A stretch of 64,000 bases of DNA, taken from the IMG/VR virus record IMGVR_UViG_2788500220_000013, positions 32,001 to 96,000 of that record. One strand, given 5' to 3'. This stretch comes from a virus. Taxonomy: Duplodnaviria > Caudoviricetes. The notes under the pieces were generated by a model. It saw only the letters and a program-made list of their open reading frames with translations, was not told the DNA's origin and did not search any database. The first letter of the stretch is position 1; every line of letters begins with the position of its first letter. Made by a program: the position numbers and the translations under genes. Of the stretch, positions 29,301 to 38,199 are shown piece by piece.

Positions 29301-29492
29301 ATTTAATATATCAATTAACTCAGGTGATATCCCCTGTGTCTTCGAGTGAACAATGTCACCACCGACGTAAATAACATCCGGGTCAAGATCTTTTGCAATC
29401 TCAAAAAATTTCTCAAAAGACCTACGATATTCATCATGACGACTTAAGCCACGGAAATGAATATCCGAAATGTGTATACACTTTAAACTCAT
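26334..29492 (-). CDS. Fused Mre11/SbcD nuclease - Rad50/SbcC ATPase (T4 gp47-gp46-like single polypeptide)
   Basis: Phosphoesterase motifs SDIH, GGDIVH, GNHD, FHG, GDIH; then Walker A GPNRIGKSS, Q-loop SQGE, long coiled coil, signature GSGMEK, Walker B/D-loop VIDEGFGALD, H-loop VISH. Confidence 0.93.
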   Translation of the reverse strand: MSLKCIHISDIHFRGLSRHDEYRRSFEKFFEIAKDLDPDVIYVGGDIVHSKTQGISPELIDILNWWFTSLADIAPTHVILGNHDGLILNKHRQDAISPILSALNNPNIHLYKNSGTYPIGIPGFNWSVFSCFDEENWPNVKPTPNEINIALFHGGVRGSKTDINWNIEGEVDVDFFKNYDFTMLGDIHKVQYLDDDKRVAYCGSSIQQNYGETPGKGFLFWEIEDKDNFTSTFYEIPHDQPFVTIDWSEDVQSTLDFAETYPDGSRFRIRTNSPISQPEIKQLHSALKEFKDATEVVYKNEYDSDVTIIKSNGTSFFKDDLRDSKTHCKLMREYYSDLDLTDDEWDKLEELTTTTVNQLAHNDAARNIKWSIRRLEFDNIFSYGKGNVIDFENLGGITGLFGPNRIGKSSIPGAIMYGLFNTTDRGSIKNLHIINSRKGFCKAGIDIAISGKNFRVERQSVKHETRAGKLHAVTHLNLHKIDDGLAIDMTEEQRRETEKVLRSLIGTSDDFLLTSLASQGEMNAFIKHKATQRKSILTNFLDLNIFENMLDLVKDESATVKALLKSVPNIEYETKILEAQIEHDAKAKDRDLVDAELTKLRKKLQGLKISLATHKDKDIVTPDDVTIQQKKIDAANNELLQARSRISALNDEITILNEKLVKIENIRNVFPIDDLKERLAAQLGLERSLIQLRHDHEREKTLLKTQKNSIKRLEEVPCGDSFPTCKFIKESHKNKKLLTGQLEKTGEILSQVKVAQKALDVLLLEDLSTKIQKYDDVLKQESELKVTVSSKTVELHGLQSREASLDSEIDKDTNILNDMKLRVSSANVSAEITKIKGEIVSLTDDITTTDAKRMSLSELIGRLSNEIIKLKTDRDKYTELLASWKTYELFMNAVSKKGIPLQIITSQLPAINAEISKILQDVVGFTVELEAESTSNAMDIYINYGDSRRIIECGSGMEKMMASLAIRVALINVSSLPKTDLLVIDEGFGALDDMNVESCNRLLKSLKRWFKNILVISHVDGVKDIVDNTIEISSNGKNAQVICNGLEKTDTE

Positions 29493-29509
29493 AAACTATC
29501 CTACAGGAT

Positions 29510-30481
29510 CTACAAAATTGATCCACTTTTTACCGTATCAAATAGATTATATAGTCTATCATCCGGCTGCCACTCTTTTGCCTTTTGCAATGCACATGCA
29601 AAATCCAATTTTGACATTTCCCCAACATCAGAAAACTGCCCTAAATCCAACATCCGAATTCGGATACCGTAAGATGATAATTTACGTGCATATTCCTGCG
29701 TCTTCAATTTAACATCCGGATCCAGTGCCATCAGCACAGGAGTTGAATTTTTAATAATTTGTTGAAATAACTTATAGTCTTCTGAGAAGTGTGAACCCAA
29801 CAGACACGTCGCATTATCATTACATTTTGTTAGATCAAAGGGCCCTTCTACCAAAGTTAACTCAGAAGACCAGTCGATATTAATTTCGTTAAAAATAACA
29901 TCTTTCTTTGGTACTTTTGCATTTAAGTACTTCATTTTTGAATCATCATCGATCGTTCTTGCAACAAAGTAATTTAGATCCCCATCAGCATTAAAAGATG
30001 GCATTATAGCGCGGCGGCGGTACCTGCCCCTAGTGCAGGTTCCGAACCTAAAATACCATAAGTCTTTTGATGTGAGGCCCCTATTTGACAAGTATCTAAT
30101 TGTGCTCCGAACGTCGGGGTCCTTGCTCGATAGACTAGCTGCTAAAAGTACAAAATTCTCTGGAACTGATACTAGAATTTCTTCTTCGACAATATCAATC
30201 GGTTTAAATGACTTTTTAGAAAACCTTGTTAAGTACTCAGATAAATGTCTAGGAAAATGTCTTTTTAAAAGATATGATAAGTTTCTACCTTTAAGGTCAC
30301 ATACCCAACAATGATATTGATCAGTATCAACTCGGATAATCAATTTTTTCTTAGATGAATTACCATATGTGCTACATTTTGGATTTGGGCAACAAACAGA
30401 CACGTTTATGCCATCATTGCCAAGCACACATGTACCAAAAACCCTACTCAAAAATGATATTTTATCGCTCGTTAAAGACAT
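29510..30481 (-). CDS. DNA primase (zinc finger + TOPRIM)
   Basis: CPNPKC...HCWVC zinc finger, YLSNRGL, YFVAR, KYLN, LVEGPFD, ALDPD, DVGEM. Confidence 0.88.
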   Translation of the reverse strand: MSLTSDKISFLSRVFGTCVLGNDGINVSVCCPNPKCSTYGNSSKKKLIIRVDTDQYHCWVCDLKGRNLSYLLKRHFPRHLSEYLTRFSKKSFKPIDIVEEEILVSVPENFVLLAASLSSKDPDVRSTIRYLSNRGLTSKDLWYFRFGTCTRGRYRRRAIMPSFNADGDLNYFVARTIDDDSKMKYLNAKVPKKDVIFNEINIDWSSELTLVEGPFDLTKCNDNATCLLGSHFSEDYKLFQQIIKNSTPVLMALDPDVKLKTQEYARKLSSYGIRIRMLDLGQFSDVGEMSKLDFACALQKAKEWQPDDRLYNLFDTVKSGSIL

Positions 30482-30490
30482 CTTACCTAT

Positions 30491-30500
30491 AATATACCCA
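30491..30500 (-). promoter_or_regulatory. Putative sigma70-type -10 element TGGGTATATT, 9 nt before the primase ATG
   Basis: Same motif and spacing as upstream of the glycosyltransferase; weak -35. Confidence 0.4.
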
Positions 30501-30549
30501 CTAATGGATAAGTGTTCATTTCAGATTATCCTAGCCCATTCGAACTAAA

Positions 30550-31101
30550 CTAATCTTTTGTTAGATAACCTGCTTGAGCAATTACATATGCATCTGCGGC
30601 ATCGTAGCATCCTGGTTCTAAAATTGTTTGATTCTTTCTAGGCCCTGATTTTAGTGTCTTGGTCGGCCAGTTGAAGGCTACCCGTTCAGAAACCCATGTA
30701 TGTACCTGTTCCTTTGTAGGAGCCCCACCCTTAGACTTGCGGACAATCTTTAGGCCAACTAGCTTCCTTGCCGCGTTGACATTAATATATTCTGGTTCAA
30801 AATCAAATTGTTGTTGTACTAAATAACCCACTATCCCATTAAACCTGGCCAATGTTAGCAGGGTCTTTGCAGAAGATAAACCAGGTCGAAATGCTTGAAG
30901 GTTCTCCTCAATATAGGTTTTAGTTATATTATACGGCGCGGCTATAATAGACAGATGTTCTGATGCTTCTTGTGCCTTCTTAAAGAGGCCTATATGTTTA
31001 GACAGTGGTATATACCCCATCGCAACTAGTTGGCCCTTAGGGCCTAATACACACCACCCAATACATGATGTTGATATATCAAGGCCTAAAATATTATCCA
31101 C
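30550..31101 (-). CDS. ruvC: RuvC-like Holliday junction resolvase
   Basis: ILGLDISTSCIGW, YIEE, ARKLVG, KEQV, DAADAYVIA (RNase H fold acidic residues). GTG start overlaps the upstream TAG. Confidence 0.85.
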   Translation of the reverse strand: MDNILGLDISTSCIGWCVLGPKGQLVAMGYIPLSKHIGLFKKAQEASEHLSIIAAPYNITKTYIEENLQAFRPGLSSAKTLLTLARFNGIVGYLVQQQFDFEPEYINVNAARKLVGLKIVRKSKGGAPTKEQVHTWVSERVAFNWPTKTLKSGPRKNQTILEPGCYDAADAYVIAQAGYLTKD

Positions 31102-34100
31102 TAAAAATCTACCTTGACACGAAACACATACCCATCACTGTTTCTCTTAATAATAGGTCTAGCTAGGTTTGTTCTGGCTACAACATTCAAGTTTTCATCA
31201 TGAAAATTTAAACCGGTGATATAAACAAACTCTGATTCATTTTCACTGGCAAAATTTGATGCATATAATTTTTCAAACTGAGGGTTGGAGGAAGAGTTTA
31301 TTGTCCCTGCATCACAGGGAACATGGATCTCCATGATATGAATGTTTTGATCTCCTGCCATCTTTACCTCAAACTGTTCCTTACCATAATATGGTATAAC
31401 TGGAGATTTTATAACAGATATTCCTTCTTCATAAATTATACTACCTGCATCTGCCCACTTAGCGTGGGGTGTTTTAGCATCAGCACGATAAAGACCACCA
31501 ATCCCATTATCACGCATTCGAATTCTTACCTTACCATCAGAACCGGTAACATCAGAATCATATATTTCGTACGTGTTTGGTTGAATCGCATTTCCATAAA
31601 ATAAGTTTGATGCATCAAAAAACACAACTTCGTTCGACGACCCATCCCTAGTTCTCTGAAAAATTGTCAAAACAGAACCTGGTGCAATACCAGGATTTTC
31701 TGGAGAAGCACCCATAATTGCAGCCATGGTTCCAGATGCCTCTTCTGGTGTCCCTTCACCCAAGCTATCAACCTGAATAAGGCCTGGGTATAACGTTTCT
31801 TCAGGAATTAGGTTCGTCAAAGAAATCTTACTATAGTCTAAACTACCAAAATCGTTCGTATATTTCTCCGTTTCAGAACCAGAAACAGGGTGGGTTGTTA
31901 TTGAGCCAGAACTTAATAACCGAAACCCGGGAAAAAATAGACCGTTGTCACAAGGAAGTACAGTTAAATTACGCTTTCTAATTGATGACGTCGCAAACAA
32001 ATACTCATTCGCCTCAAGGGGAGTTTGCACCTGGACGTCTATCCTAGATGCAGTTAGATTTAGTAACCTCGGATAATCTTTTCTAACAAATTCTCTACAA
32101 AAATTCTCTAAATTTAATAAATGACCACCTACACCAAATGACATAGCAACATTAAATGGGTCATCCGTTGTTGTCGTCATATTTTGGAAAGGTGTTAATA
32201 AAACATCTCTTTCACGCGTTTCCTTAACAAAAAACGGAGGAACATAAAATAATAGACCATCACCCTGATTAATTGAAGATATTCCATACATCGATGATGT
32301 TACAACTTGTTCTAATGATCGATAATGATCCCATACCTTCAAATCATGAACTTCTGCATTTAAGGGATGATTAAAAGCGTATGTTCCATGTTCTAATGCA
32401 TCTAAACCAGAACCTACATTATCGCCATAAATTAGGCCCTCGGAGACTGATGTGGCTGAATCAAAGAAGCCACCAATATAGTGCTGGTTTGGCATCGCTG
32501 TCACATCTAGGTTATTTCTACCCTCATAAAAATTACCTATGAATACAGCACTAGGGTCACCTAGCTCCTCATCGAGATGTGTTATATGATTATCAAATTC
32601 CTGAGGAATTACTGAACCTGATTGGATTACAAACTCAGAATCAACTTTACCATCGATTACAAATGATCCGGTCCCGTTATTTACTGCATCGGTACCCCAG
32701 CGGATGGCAACATGATGCCAGTGATCCCTCTTTAATGAATTATCAGAAGATGCGAATATCAGGTCAGTAGGTGTCCCTTCACCTGTCATTGGATCATAGG
32801 GTTCAACCCCACCATACCCTGCAGTTATTAAATGCTCATTATTCTCTATAATATTTCCTGATCCATCATAAAGCGGAATTGTAGACGGAGGAACTTCGGC
32901 CGATGAGCTGAGTTGTAACATTATCCTGAATCCGTCTAGTTCTTCATCATAATTGCTCGTTGAGCTACCAGACACTAATGAAACTGTATAGCTGGATGAC
33001 ATATGGAAAATTGTCCCAGCTTTAAATTCAGGATATATAGGGCCGCCGAAGTCAAATCCTGAGTATAGTATAGCTTCTGATGGTAGGCCCAGATTTGTGT
33101 CACCTGGATCTATGGTAACATTACCGGCTGGGCCCAAGATATTTTGGGTTAAATGTATAACATTACCAATTCGATTGACAGTAATTGTATTAGTGCCCAT
33201 GTTACCATGGCCATTCACACTATTTATAGCTATTTCTACTTGTTCAGCAACATCGGTACAAGGCGGGAAAGCGCCTAAGGTGCCAATACCAATAAGGACA
33301 CCGGAAGCTGTAACATTACCAGTTGCAGACCAATGTACATCTTTATCAAAGTAATATACAATGCTGGTGCCATTAGAGTCTGTAATCGTGAACCCGTCCT
33401 CAGCTGGAACATCTGTGTCTAAGTCAGCAGCAACGGCCTGGCCGCCGCCATCATCAAAGATTGTGATTGTTGCAACAGCGGCAGTATTAGGTTCTTCATC
33501 ACGGATATAATACCTGGGATTAATATAAAAGTCAAATGTGAATCCCTCAGGAGGACTGTAGGGGATTACCTTTGGAACTTCCGTTGTAATTGCAGCTGCC
33601 GGATATATTAGCACAGAATCTGATGGGACGTTGGATGCCGTAAAAAAGTTTAAGCTATGATAGTTTGTCGTAGCCCAATGTAGCGAAGGGTACATACTTC
33701 TATAATATGGAAATAATATTTGCCTCGTAACATTTTTTCGGCTAGTGTCACTAGTAAATCTTACAGAAGGTTCAAACCTTAATACTTCTACTACTTTCTT
33801 TTTTCTTTCACTTGGCCCTGAGCTGTTTATTGATACGGGTGTTGTAGGAATACCAGTGTTCGGGTCTAGAGAGCCCATGTAATTATTTATAGAGCCAAAA
33901 ATATCTGTTACGCCCAAGTCTGATGCAGATATGACTAACTCACTTCTTATAGATTCTAAATTTTCATCCTCAAATATAGATGCAGCGTCGCTAAATGCGC
34001 GCAGTTTTTGGGCCTCTTTCTCTATAGGCGAACGTTGGGCAAAAACATGTACAGTACCTGTCATCCCAGATGGTTGACTGCTCTCTACTGATGCAGATAC

Positions 34101-34172
34101 AAATTCCCTTCTAGGATGAGTTGTTAATGATAGGTTTTCAAAATGATCTTTTGTTAGCTCAAATATAGCCAT
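31101..34172 (-). CDS. Baseplate/tail-associated structural protein with a LamG-like domain and tail-collar-like C-terminus (1023 aa)
   Basis: FTFDFYINP...WHHVAIRW...FVIDG...EVHDLKVWD (LamG pattern); C-terminal ITGLNFHDENLNVVARTNLARPIIK...FRVKVDF. Confidence 0.7.
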   Translation of the reverse strand: MAIFELTKDHFENLSLTTHPRREFVSASVESSQPSGMTGTVHVFAQRSPIEKEAQKLRAFSDAASIFEDENLESIRSELVISASDLGVTDIFGSINNYMGSLDPNTGIPTTPVSINSSGPSERKKKVVEVLRFEPSVRFTSDTSRKNVTRQILFPYYRSMYPSLHWATTNYHSLNFFTASNVPSDSVLIYPAAAITTEVPKVIPYSPPEGFTFDFYINPRYYIRDEEPNTAAVATITIFDDGGGQAVAADLDTDVPAEDGFTITDSNGTSIVYYFDKDVHWSATGNVTASGVLIGIGTLGAFPPCTDVAEQVEIAINSVNGHGNMGTNTITVNRIGNVIHLTQNILGPAGNVTIDPGDTNLGLPSEAILYSGFDFGGPIYPEFKAGTIFHMSSSYTVSLVSGSSTSNYDEELDGFRIMLQLSSSAEVPPSTIPLYDGSGNIIENNEHLITAGYGGVEPYDPMTGEGTPTDLIFASSDNSLKRDHWHHVAIRWGTDAVNNGTGSFVIDGKVDSEFVIQSGSVIPQEFDNHITHLDEELGDPSAVFIGNFYEGRNNLDVTAMPNQHYIGGFFDSATSVSEGLIYGDNVGSGLDALEHGTYAFNHPLNAEVHDLKVWDHYRSLEQVVTSSMYGISSINQGDGLLFYVPPFFVKETRERDVLLTPFQNMTTTTDDPFNVAMSFGVGGHLLNLENFCREFVRKDYPRLLNLTASRIDVQVQTPLEANEYLFATSSIRKRNLTVLPCDNGLFFPGFRLLSSGSITTHPVSGSETEKYTNDFGSLDYSKISLTNLIPEETLYPGLIQVDSLGEGTPEEASGTMAAIMGASPENPGIAPGSVLTIFQRTRDGSSNEVVFFDASNLFYGNAIQPNTYEIYDSDVTGSDGKVRIRMRDNGIGGLYRADAKTPHAKWADAGSIIYEEGISVIKSPVIPYYGKEQFEVKMAGDQNIHIMEIHVPCDAGTINSSSNPQFEKLYASNFASENESEFVYITGLNFHDENLNVVARTNLARPIIKRNSDGYVFRVKVDF

Positions 34173-34195
34173 ATGATTTCACCTGGTTTATTATC

Positions 34196-34240
34196 TTTCA
34201 AACTATTAGTTAAGTTAATTTTCAAACTATAACTATTAGT
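34196..34240. repeat. Overlapping short direct repeats TTTCAAACTAT x2 and AACTATTAGT x2, including an ATAGTTA motif (34230-34236)
   Basis: Copies at 34196/34220 and 34201/34231 in the gap before the 1023-aa gene. Confidence 0.7.
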
Positions 34241-34278
34241 CTCTTGTATACCATTATGCATGATACACATACCAACCA

Positions 34279-35613
34279 CTAGAAATCAAGTCTAACTCGG
34301 ACGGTTATATCCTTTTCATCATTTTTTTCAATTGGGCGGGACATCTTCGCAACAGCTAAAAGATTATCATTCGCATCATATAGACCCACGGTAGTTGGAA
34401 ATGTAAATGATCTTTGCACATCCTCCTGACCTTCATCAATTACTGTGATTCTGTTGTCATCGTCCGTATAGGTTGGGTTGGCGGAATAATTAAACTCATC
34501 AGCAGTAGCCCTGCAAAATATTAGCGTAGAATTAATATTTGTAATATTTTGAAATGTTGCTGCAGTAAGTGTACCAGATTGAAATCTGCAAGATGCAAGG
34601 TGATCTACAATATTATCAATTGAGCCTGATATCATGAAATCTGGATAAAATGTGGGTGGCCCTAGGGCTGCACGCCAATCACCCATTTCTTCCTTACTAC
34701 CCATTACAATACTGCCACCGGGACAATCATCGACAGTATCCAGATCAGAGTCATAATCACCCTGGCGCATTGCATGAATTCTTCCCAGGCATGGTTGTTT
34801 AGGGGCCCAGATTTTATTTAGATCTAGAACAGCTATTCCTGCATCATAGAACATTAGGCCGACCGTGGTCTCTGTATCGCTGGCGTCAACGATGTCCGCG
34901 ACCTCACCACCGAATGTAACACGTTTTGCAGTTGCAGATCCGATGTCAGTATAGATTTGTACGCTACCTGTTGATGTAGTATGGATATTATCATGTACAT
35001 CTGTCATGGGGTTCATGGCGTCCAGACCAGTGGCAGCTTCGCCGTTGGCAACGCCCCCATAGTCAGGGTTAAGGTATGTATTACCAGCTAGAGTACCTGA
35101 TTGATAGAAACGAAGTGCAAACGTCTCCCGTTTGATTTTGTCTCTTGCAAATAGACGTTTAAATGACAGAAACATTGCTGCATCAATTTCTGCTGTTTCA
35201 TCTTTATTGCCAAAAGGAGTAGTAAATGCTGCATCTGCATCACCCAAAAGTGTTTGGGCAAATTGTTTATAGTTGTATGTCTTTTCTCTCATCATAAGAC
35301 TTTGAGATGTATAAAGCCTTTTATTTGATGAGTCAAGGCCGGTAGAAGCAGCAAGGACGGCTGGGCCCTCTGGCTTAAGGCCTACCGTCATATCGAAAAT
35401 TGCATTTGAACTTTGCAAAGTAAAGTCTTGATCATAAACAGTCTGAAACAAGGAAGATGTAACACCCGGGCCGATACCACCCGTCACGAATACTTCATAA
35501 TGTTTTCTAGTTACAGATCCAGAAACATCTTCTTGAATGATATCAACTAGTTGATTTAATGCTGACCTGCTAGTTTTTATATCAGCTGCTGAAATTTCTT
35601 TAAACGTTGCCAT
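34279..35613 (-). CDS. Baseplate/tail structural protein (444 aa) with tail-collar-like C-terminus
   Basis: EFNYSANPTY...TTVGLYDANDNLLAVAKMSRPIEK...VRVRLDF; C-terminus paralogous to the 1023-aa protein. Confidence 0.7.
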   Translation of the reverse strand: MATFKEISAADIKTSRSALNQLVDIIQEDVSGSVTRKHYEVFVTGGIGPGVTSSLFQTVYDQDFTLQSSNAIFDMTVGLKPEGPAVLAASTGLDSSNKRLYTSQSLMMREKTYNYKQFAQTLLGDADAAFTTPFGNKDETAEIDAAMFLSFKRLFARDKIKRETFALRFYQSGTLAGNTYLNPDYGGVANGEAATGLDAMNPMTDVHDNIHTTSTGSVQIYTDIGSATAKRVTFGGEVADIVDASDTETTVGLMFYDAGIAVLDLNKIWAPKQPCLGRIHAMRQGDYDSDLDTVDDCPGGSIVMGSKEEMGDWRAALGPPTFYPDFMISGSIDNIVDHLASCRFQSGTLTAATFQNITNINSTLIFCRATADEFNYSANPTYTDDDNRITVIDEGQEDVQRSFTFPTTVGLYDANDNLLAVAKMSRPIEKNDEKDITVRVRLDF

Positions 35614-35625
35614 TTATATTCCCTT

Positions 35626-36336
35626 TTATCTAGATATCTGAACTTCGAATTCTTTTGTTGCACCAGATTGTACACCTACAATGCCTACAACGGATGATAT
35701 CACCGTTTTATCCCCAGCATTCCCGTACACATCAAACTGTGCATCTGTTATTGATTTGGTCTCAATCTCAAGTTTTAATTGGGACCCCCCAAGTGCAGTT
35801 ATACTAGCATCCCGGGGAATGATATATGTTGCAATATTATTACTATCAACGTTATCAGGGGTCTCAGACTTCATTTGTAAAAACATATGTGGGAGTTTAG
35901 CTATAAATGCTTGATCTCGAAGCTCAACATCAATCGAGCTTTCGTTAATAATACTCTGGGTTATTGTAACCGTTCTTGAGGAGCCGGATCCTGATCTGCT
36001 CATATCCAATGTAGAACTTGTAGAATCTAGGCCGTCTCCCCTGAGTGATAATGACGGAAGCCGAAGAAGGTTTGGGTTTGATATACTAACTAACTTATGT
36101 TTAAGTGCTAAATTTCCAATGGTTTGAGCTTCAAAAACCGGAGTATTTTTCTCAATCTTCTCTTTTCCTACAGTTCTACCGAACTTTCTTATTACTTCAT
36201 AATCAACTTCATCATCACCTAAGGCAAATTTTACAATAGAAAATGATCCGTCGTTTCGTGCTAAAAATGCTCGACCAACGTCAGTTAGTACAGCATCAAT
36301 TATAATATTGTTAGTTGAATGATCTAAAAAACCCAT
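35626..36336 (-). CDS. Baseplate/tail structural protein (236 aa) with tail-collar-like N-terminus
   Basis: IIDAVLTDVGRAFLA...FSIVKFALGDDEVDY; AAGGAG SD. Confidence 0.7.
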   Translation of the reverse strand: MGFLDHSTNNIIIDAVLTDVGRAFLARNDGSFSIVKFALGDDEVDYEVIRKFGRTVGKEKIEKNTPVFEAQTIGNLALKHKLVSISNPNLLRLPSLSLRGDGLDSTSSTLDMSRSGSGSSRTVTITQSIINESSIDVELRDQAFIAKLPHMFLQMKSETPDNVDSNNIATYIIPRDASITALGGSQLKLEIETKSITDAQFDVYGNAGDKTVISSVVGIVGVQSGATKEFEVQISR

Positions 36337-36352
36337 TTATATACTCCTTCGA

Positions 36353-36359
36353 TAAATAT
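36353..36359 (-). promoter_or_regulatory. Putative late promoter motif ATATTTA
   Basis: Exact match inside a gap of only 27 bp, 16 nt before the ATG. Confidence 0.55.
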
Positions 36360-36363
36360 ATTG

Positions 36364-38199
36364 TCATTTTCCTGTCCGTAAATCTTTAACATCAATACTG
36401 ACTATTTGGCTCTTTTGCCGGTCTGTATTTATAACTTGCAATTTGTAACGCCCTTCTGTGTCCTTTGTGCTTACTGACAGTAGCCCAAGATCATGATCCT
36501 GTTCATCTACAATTGATAAGTATTCCGGATCAAAGAATATGCTACATTTTTGGTGGCCACTATCTGTTATTGAATCAGATGTTAGGCTGACATCCCCTAT
36601 GCCAAGATTTGAATTCTGGATAAGATAAAAATTTGGATATGGCTTGGGAGCCCCTTCGGGGGATATCATTTTCTTTACCAGTCGGTTTGTATTGACATCA
36701 AATGTTACAAGAAATTGTTGCGAATAGTTTGAGCTAAAGTCATGTGCATCTATACTACATAAGGTATATATGTATTCTGACTCTTTTGTAAATTCATAAT
36801 CAACATATATTGTGGATGGCTCGTCCATTTCATGAACCCTTGATGACCTCGGCGTTTCTTTTCTTGGGTCAGGTATTTCGCTATCGTCAAAATCATATTC
36901 TGCTAATAGTTCATATGGATCGTTTACTGTCATTCGGCGAAAAACCTGAAATCTTTTTACATCGCGGGTTGAAGTAACAGGAAAACTCCACATCATCATC
37001 ATTTTTTTGTCTCTATAATCCCATATAAAATCTAGATCCTGGGGAGGAGGGGGAGGATTATATTCCCTACAAACAACATGAGATGATGGGCTCGGCCTAG
37101 ATGAAATTAAGCCAGTTGTAATATATGCCTGGCCGGTTTCTTCATTTAGGGCTTGAAATTGTACCATCGCGATTGCCCTAATAGAGTATCGATATGCCGA
37201 ACCATATTTTACTTTTGAATCAAGGGCTGATGAAACTGATGAGGCTGCAATTATAATCGGTCGGTGGCGGCGAACTCTTCGATCTGATGTATATTCTATT
37301 TTGTCTACCAGGTATCCAATAATCTTAACAGCATTTTTATACGTGCCGGCGCTAACAGGCTTTGTCATAATTGGCCGGAAGTTAGGTATAAATTCGTAGT
37401 CAGATATTACACCTGGATTACTTTGCAATCTTGCAGTCCGTTGTAGGTCTAGTGACTGTTTTGCCAAATTTGACAATTCACCAGCAAAAGGATTTGCAGG
37501 ATCCATTATAGATTTCTTTAATATAGATCCTAAAAACTTATCATTAAACTGTGAATAATGATTAACATTTGCCAGCTCCCTAGACCATGATGACCGATAT
37601 CGACGCCTCTGGCGTGTCCTAGTGGAGTATGAGTATACCCCTTGATCTGCTAGCTTTCCGGAAACTTTCATTATCCAGTTTCCGGCAACCCTCGAGGATG
37701 TTACACTGTTTAATAGCTTTGCAACATCTGCCCTTGAGTCCGGTAAGTCTTTTTTCTTTCCCTTTGTCTCAGACTGTGATCTTACTGCCACTGCCAAACC
37801 CATACTTCTAGAGGCCTTAGTTTCGATCTCCCTATCTTGAAGATTTAAAGAGGAATATCCCCTTGTTGCAACATCAGTTTCACTCTGGATTCTCCACATG
37901 TTTTTATGCAAAAGGCGGTGAACGTTTGAAGCGGTTGATATGTCAACTGCAAATTCATTATCAACAGACACATTGGATCTTACGTCAACAGTCTCAAACA
38001 TTAACCTAACATATCTGGGAACCTTTCTAGAAATTAATACTTCATTATTTTCATCGTATACGCCGAAAGCAACGGTGTTACCCCTATCATTTGTCTTTTC
38101 ATCTTTTTCAAAAAAATTATATTGAAATTCTGTTCTAAACTTTCGTACTTCCGGAACGTCTAAAACAGTCATAATTTTTGAAGGATATGATATTGTCAT
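36364..38199 (-). CDS. Hypothetical structural protein (611 aa) with Fn3/Ig-like segments and basic patches
   Basis: DSKVKYGSAYRYSIRAI, PPPPPQDL...W...FQVFRR...YIYTLCSID; TAATG-coupled. Confidence 0.7.
   Translation of the reverse strand: MTISYPSKIMTVLDVPEVRKFRTEFQYNFFEKDEKTNDRGNTVAFGVYDENNEVLISRKVPRYVRLMFETVDVRSNVSVDNEFAVDISTASNVHRLLHKNMWRIQSETDVATRGYSSLNLQDREIETKASRSMGLAVAVRSQSETKGKKKDLPDSRADVAKLLNSVTSSRVAGNWIMKVSGKLADQGVYSYSTRTRQRRRYRSSWSRELANVNHYSQFNDKFLGSILKKSIMDPANPFAGELSNLAKQSLDLQRTARLQSNPGVISDYEFIPNFRPIMTKPVSAGTYKNAVKIIGYLVDKIEYTSDRRVRRHRPIIIAASSVSSALDSKVKYGSAYRYSIRAIAMVQFQALNEETGQAYITTGLISSRPSPSSHVVCREYNPPPPPQDLDFIWDYRDKKMMMMWSFPVTSTRDVKRFQVFRRMTVNDPYELLAEYDFDDSEIPDPRKETPRSSRVHEMDEPSTIYVDYEFTKESEYIYTLCSIDAHDFSSNYSQQFLVTFDVNTNRLVKKMISPEGAPKPYPNFYLIQNSNLGIGDVSLTSDSITDSGHQKCSIFFDPEYLSIVDEQDHDLGLLSVSTKDTEGRYKLQVINTDRQKSQIVSIDVKDLRTGK

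Noticed and set aside
24014-30481. Inteins, introns or homing endonucleases in terminase, SbcCD or primase
   Set aside because: Lengths are normal, and no intein splice motifs or LAGLIDADG/HNH/GIY-YIG ORFs were seen.
30550-31101. RuvC-like ORF as a TnpB/Cas12-type effector
   Set aside because: Only 183 aa, with no zinc ribbon or recognition lobe and no adjacent array or ncRNA space; it fits a stand-alone resolvase.
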